DNA from: Bugula neritina
Taxonomy: Eukaryota > Animalia > Bryozoa
Assembly (NCBI GenBank): GCA_964035545.1
Contig: OZ037772.1
Coordinates: 8,044,889 to 8,108,888 of the forward strand
DNA length: 64,000 nucleotides
Direction: 5' to 3'
Below the pieces are notes generated by a model that was not told the DNA's origin, ran no database searches, and saw only the letters and a program-made list of their open reading frames with translations. How positions within the stretch are numbered: position 1 is the stretch's first letter; each line of letters begins with the position of its first letter. This document shows positions 60,712 to 64,000 of the stretch, one piece after another. The position numbers and the translations under genes were made by a program.

Positions 60712-63700
60712 ATGGTCGACAATGCGGCACAGAATGGCCTCTCTACTGTAGAGAAATTATCTGTTCTCTGCCAGGATGCCATAGCTTTAGATCTTGCTGG
60801 TACTATAGCCTTAGATATTGGCAAGCAAAATCTTCTTCAGCTACGAAATCATTTCTGCTTGACAAGAGAAATTTCTGAAGGTATGCCCTTCCATTCATAC
60901 AAATTTTTATAATGTATATAGTACGGTACTTCTAATTGGACTGTTAATCTTATAAAAAATTTGAGTCTTCTACGTTGATTTAAATTTGTTTTTAATCATC
61001 AGCATAAAGTAGATATATATATATATATACATTTATTTTGTCAAGAAATTGAGTTTAAAATGACAAATAATTATATACCACATTTTAAATACATTCAGTT
61101 TTAACATTTTTTATGCGTAAGCTAACCATATTTTAAGGAATTTTTGTATTACAGACATATTGTTTTAGCTCTAAATAAAATAGTCACTGTTTTGTATACG
61201 CTTGTAAATAACTTAATGTCGGGCAAAGTCTTGTAATCAGCAGAGTATGTTCGATTACTGTCATACGATTTAACTAAATTAAATTCTGCTGTTAAAAGAT
61301 GAATATCAAAGCATTTCTCACCATCAGCATGTTTCAGATGTATACCTACACCGAAAGTTGTATTGCTTTACTAACATACATTTTAGATATTATCTTCACC
61401 TTCATCAAAGAAGGCCTTGTTCTGTCTGATAGAGTTATTCACCTGTTCAGAGACTCTAGTAAAGCTAAGATCTCTGCCATAAATCTTAGTAACTCCCGCA
61501 TCACCAACTGGAGCTTACAATGGCTGGCCCAGCAACGTCTCTATGCAATCGGTAATAGCGGACTTCTCATTCTTTTGCTAATTAAATAACAAAATTAGCT
61601 TTGTTCTTGGCAATTAATGTTTTTGATAAAACTAATACCGTAAACAGGGTTTTAGTTTATTTCACGATTTAAAAATGAAAGCTTTATTTATCACGCATCA
61701 CTGACACTACAGTGGACACCTTTGCTACTTGTGATTTCAATTTTCGCATGCGAAAATACGCACCGTGTGGCCCTAGGCTTAGTGCCCAGTGTTTCATTGA
61801 ATAGCTGACAATAGTGCTGATCTTTATAATTTAGATCTTTCTGGATGCACGGAGTTGTCTGCCCAGGCTGTGCAAATATTTTTAGGTCGAATGGCTCCAC
61901 ACCTGAAGGTTAGTTAGTATCATCTTTTACACTGTACATCATTCCGATGTCTTTATATGTTTAATTAGTATATATAATCTTGTTTGCCACTTTCTGCGTC
62001 TGATGTTTTAGTTTCTGCGAATGGGTAGCTTGGCTAGCCTCTTGTTCCAAGATCTGCCAGTGCCCGACAATGCGGGTGGGGATAATGGTGACCTCTCTTG
62101 GTCTTGCTCAGGTATAGTCTAACTCTTTTAAATCTGTTTGTACCTGCCACATGTTTTAACTAATAGTTCATGTCTTCTATAGATATACTTCTATAATTTG
62201 TAGACCAAGATCTTAATTCTCTGTCGGGTGATCACTTGACCAGACCCTCAGATATATGTCAAGGTCGTGTATTGCTCAATGCCAGCAACCTCCGGATACT
62301 GTCTCTCCATAGACTTAAGATTGAGCAGAGCAGTAGACTGTTTAGTGATATTCTACCCTTTTTGGCGGGTGTACAGGTACGACCTTCACATTGCCGCGGT
62401 CAAGTCTCATGTAGCCTTATTGGGTCATTTTACTTTACTTACAGCAGAAAATTAGGACAACAAAGTAAATATGGCTCAAAAATAATAGAAAGTTTCTAGT
62501 TAGGGTATTTTCATGCGTTGATTTCAAATATTTATAGGAAAATTTAAAAATTACCTGATTATTTGGATTTTTTGCCAGCTCTTCAATAATTTGCGGCAAA
62601 AAACAACCTAAAGTGATTTTATTGATTAAACTGACTCATTTGTAGCACCTTGATCTGAGCGAGTGCGTGCTGCCAGTAGAAAAAGGAAGTGATGTCACTG
62701 ACCTTTCCCCGCTGACAGCCTTACGTCAGCTGACCTCTCTAGTCCTCTACGATGCTCTACCTGCCAGGTTTGACTTGGCCAAGTACGAGCCGATCCTGTC
62801 TCGTCTCACCAGTCTCCAGCACCTGGACGTCTCCTGTCTCGTGACTCAGGGCCACTACCCCAGTATCTCTTCTCAGACCACAGCTTTCCTGTCACTTCTC
62901 TCCTCTCTCCCATCTCTCTCCTCTCTAGACATCTCTGGCACTCATCTGGCCCGCCATCTGCAGACGCCTCGGAGCTCAATGAGCAGCCAGGACGGTGACA
63001 GGTTAGTAGTTCATGACCTTGAACTCTCTACATGACCTTGAACTTTCTATGTGACCTTGAACACTTCACAATATAATCTTCTTGCTTTTAATATATTGAT
63101 TTTTATATTACATTGATGTCTCTGCAATGATGTCTTCTTTATATTACATTGACTTCTCTACAATGATGTCTTGTTTATGCTACTTTGTTGCCATTTTACT
63201 CTGCATCTTAAGCTTAAAGCGATTCCGTGTGTTTAGAAGATATGTAGATGCTTCCTCCGGGCTCTCTGGCCGGCATTTCAAATTTCTTGGACTGTGGGAA
63301 TGCGTCGGAGATCCTTGTAGACGGACTGACCTGCCCGCTGATGTGGTATGAGTCATACGATAGAATTCACGACTTTTCACACTTTTTCAACTAGTTTATG
63401 TTTAATCCGTTTGTAATTATTTTAACTCTTAATTTATATGAAAAAGTGTTTTTATGCTAAATATGTGCATATATATACATGCATATATATGCAGTATATG
63501 TATCTGCAGTATATATACATATTGTATATATACATATTGTATATATACATATTGTATATATATATATATAGGTTGCCAAACAGCTGTCTGCTGTTGCTAG
63601 GTTACTTTTTACTGTTGCTAGGTAACAGGTGATGCTAACATGACTCAGATATATAACTCGCTGCAAGTGTATAAGAAGAGAGAAAACGTGTGCAATGATT

Positions 63701-63833
63701 GCCTGAGTAACTTGTATCACGAGTTGAGGGACGGGTGGAGAGGCACCCCTCTCGAGCATACCAGAATTCTGGAGATCATCTGTGAGGTGATGAGAAGCAA
63801 CAAACACAACATTGACAGACAGATATCGGGCAG
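60712..63833 (+). CDS. ZER1: Protein zer-1 homolog / ZYG11 family (CRL2 substrate receptor), 5' part; continues beyond the window
   Basis: Exons 60712-60880, 61387-61551, 61835-61908, 62012-62111, 62204-62376, 62646-63001, 63237-63345 and 63622-63833 join in phase; N-terminal BC/VHL box (EKLSVLC), LRRs (LTSLVLYD, LQHLDVS, LSSLDISGT), FLGL...PADVVTGDAN..QI.NSL and RQISG, as in ZER1/ZYG11. Confidence 0.88.
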
Positions 63834-64000
63834 GTAAGACCTAAGGCTAGGACACGTCTTGCGTTTCTTGCCGTCTGATGTATTGATGTGGGAGTTATTA
63901 CACCGTGTGTTGTAGTGCTGCCATGTTCCACCTGATAAAGTGTGATGCCAACAAAGTGACCCTGCACAGGTACGCCAGCAAACGTCTGCTAAGACAAGCC

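Overview
AT-rich, intron-rich animal (invertebrate-type) genomic DNA; not prokaryotic, and no rRNA, true tRNA or CRISPR array was seen. Four protein-coding genes were reconstructed by hand from splice signals, reading-frame phase and remembered similarity to vertebrate homologues. (1) An intronless + strand gene at 535-2109 (524 aa) with an acidic repeat N-terminus and two tandem scramblase/Tubby-C-like domains. (2) A complete 29-exon Slo2/KCNT (Slack/Slick-type) potassium channel on the - strand (2979-34214, ~1171 aa), with a GC-AG intron, candidate alternative first exons and two candidate microexons. (3) A complete MGAT4 (GnT-IV) glycosyltransferase with 13 coding exons on the - strand (41598-54161, ~534 aa). 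(4) The first 8 coding exons of a ZER1/ZYG11-family Cul2 substrate receptor on the + strand (60712 to the window end), head-to-head with MGAT4. Introns carry a tRNA-derived SINE family, several MITE families and many minisatellites. The most striking pattern is that more than 20 unrelated minisatellites start at or within a few dozen bases of splice junctions. In several cases the repeat unit contains the splice site itself, giving arrays of decoy donors or acceptors (about 29 acceptor copies before KCNT exon 6). No database searches were run; homology calls are from motif recognition.
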